From Octopus bimaculoides (taxonomy: Eukaryota): DNA of 64,000 nucleotides. The DNA lies in NCBI RefSeq assembly GCF_001194135.2, contig NC_069003.1, forward strand, positions 11,867,909-11,931,908. The letters are read 5' to 3'. This document shows, in pieces, positions 63,355 to 64,000 of this stretch; within the stretch, counting starts at the first letter, position 1; each line of letters starts with the position of its first letter. The notes under the pieces are model-generated. The model did no database searches, had not been told where the DNA came from, and was given only the letters and a program-made list of their open reading frames with translations. The position numbers and the translations under genes are program-made.

Positions 63355-64000
63355 AAATAAATATACCACTATATGAGATCTCACGCCAGAAATTTGGACA
63401 CCTTTTCCACATCTACTTAATGGAAAACTGGAAAAGATACTTAGATGATTGTTTCATCATATGGAAGGAATCCTATGAAAAACTTTTAGAATTTAAAACC
63501 ATACTTAACAACATACATCCCAGCATTCAATTCACTATGGAATTCAGCAAACATCATCTCCCTTTTCTTGATCTCTTAATTATAAAAACACCTAATAAAC
63601 AAATTACAACCGACATCTACCACAAACCTACAGATTCACAACAATACCTCCTATTCAGCTCATGCCACCCAAAACACACCAAGATAAATATCCCCTTCAA
63701 TCTAGCTAAAAGAATTTGCACCATTGTCTCTGACCCAACCACTCGAGAAATACTCTTACAAGACCGCAAAAAAACCCACTATTACAACACCAATATCCGT
63801 CCAAACTCATAGACTTTGGAATAAAATGTGCCAAGGAACTTGACAAAAACACACTGAAAACCACCCAACACAGTAACACACCCAACCCCAAAATACTTCC
63901 ATACATCTCCACCCACAACCCCAAAAATATCGAAGCATACACCACAATCAAACAAAACCTCCCCTTACTCACCACAGACCTGAAAATGAATAATATCATC
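63355..64000 (+). mobile_element. Penelope-like retroelement, RT C-terminal region (frameshifted; runs off the window)
   Basis: WKRYLDDCFIIW...NNIHPSIQFTME...LPFLDL...TDIYHKPTDSQQYLLFSSCHPKHTKINIPFNLAKRICTIVSD are typical PLE RT/thumb motifs. The frame breaks near 63775. Confidence 0.9.

Overview
Eukaryotic, AT-rich, microsatellite- and repeat-dense genomic DNA with 12 N gaps. The SINE, RTE and MITE families look like an octopus (coleoid cephalopod) genome; this is an inference from recalled repeat families, not a database result. Three spliced protein-coding genes are supported by GT-AG boundaries and consistent frames. (1) The first coding exon of Wntless (WLS) on the minus strand at 1533-1638; the gene continues off the left edge. 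(2) Two coding exons of a SYCE2-like synaptonemal complex central-element protein on the plus strand at 39639-39812 and 48052-48261. (3) The last three coding exons of an unidentified minus-strand gene at 62788-62897, 57018-57194 and 53852-53926, convergent with SYCE2. The rest is mostly mobile DNA: several tRNA-derived SINE families, RTE and Tx1/L1 LINE fragments, a Penelope-like RT, mariner, hAT, piggyBac and GG-ended MITEs, and Helitron relics. The most unusual signal is four minimal type-I hammerhead-ribozyme-like motifs from three different repeat families. All four share a non-canonical CCGANGA core (U4C) and palindromic or near-palindromic stem III, suggesting Penelope-dependent retrozyme-like elements. 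Most long ORFs in the supplied track are artefacts of N gaps or microsatellites. Repeat coordinates are approximate unless TSD/TIR positions are given.
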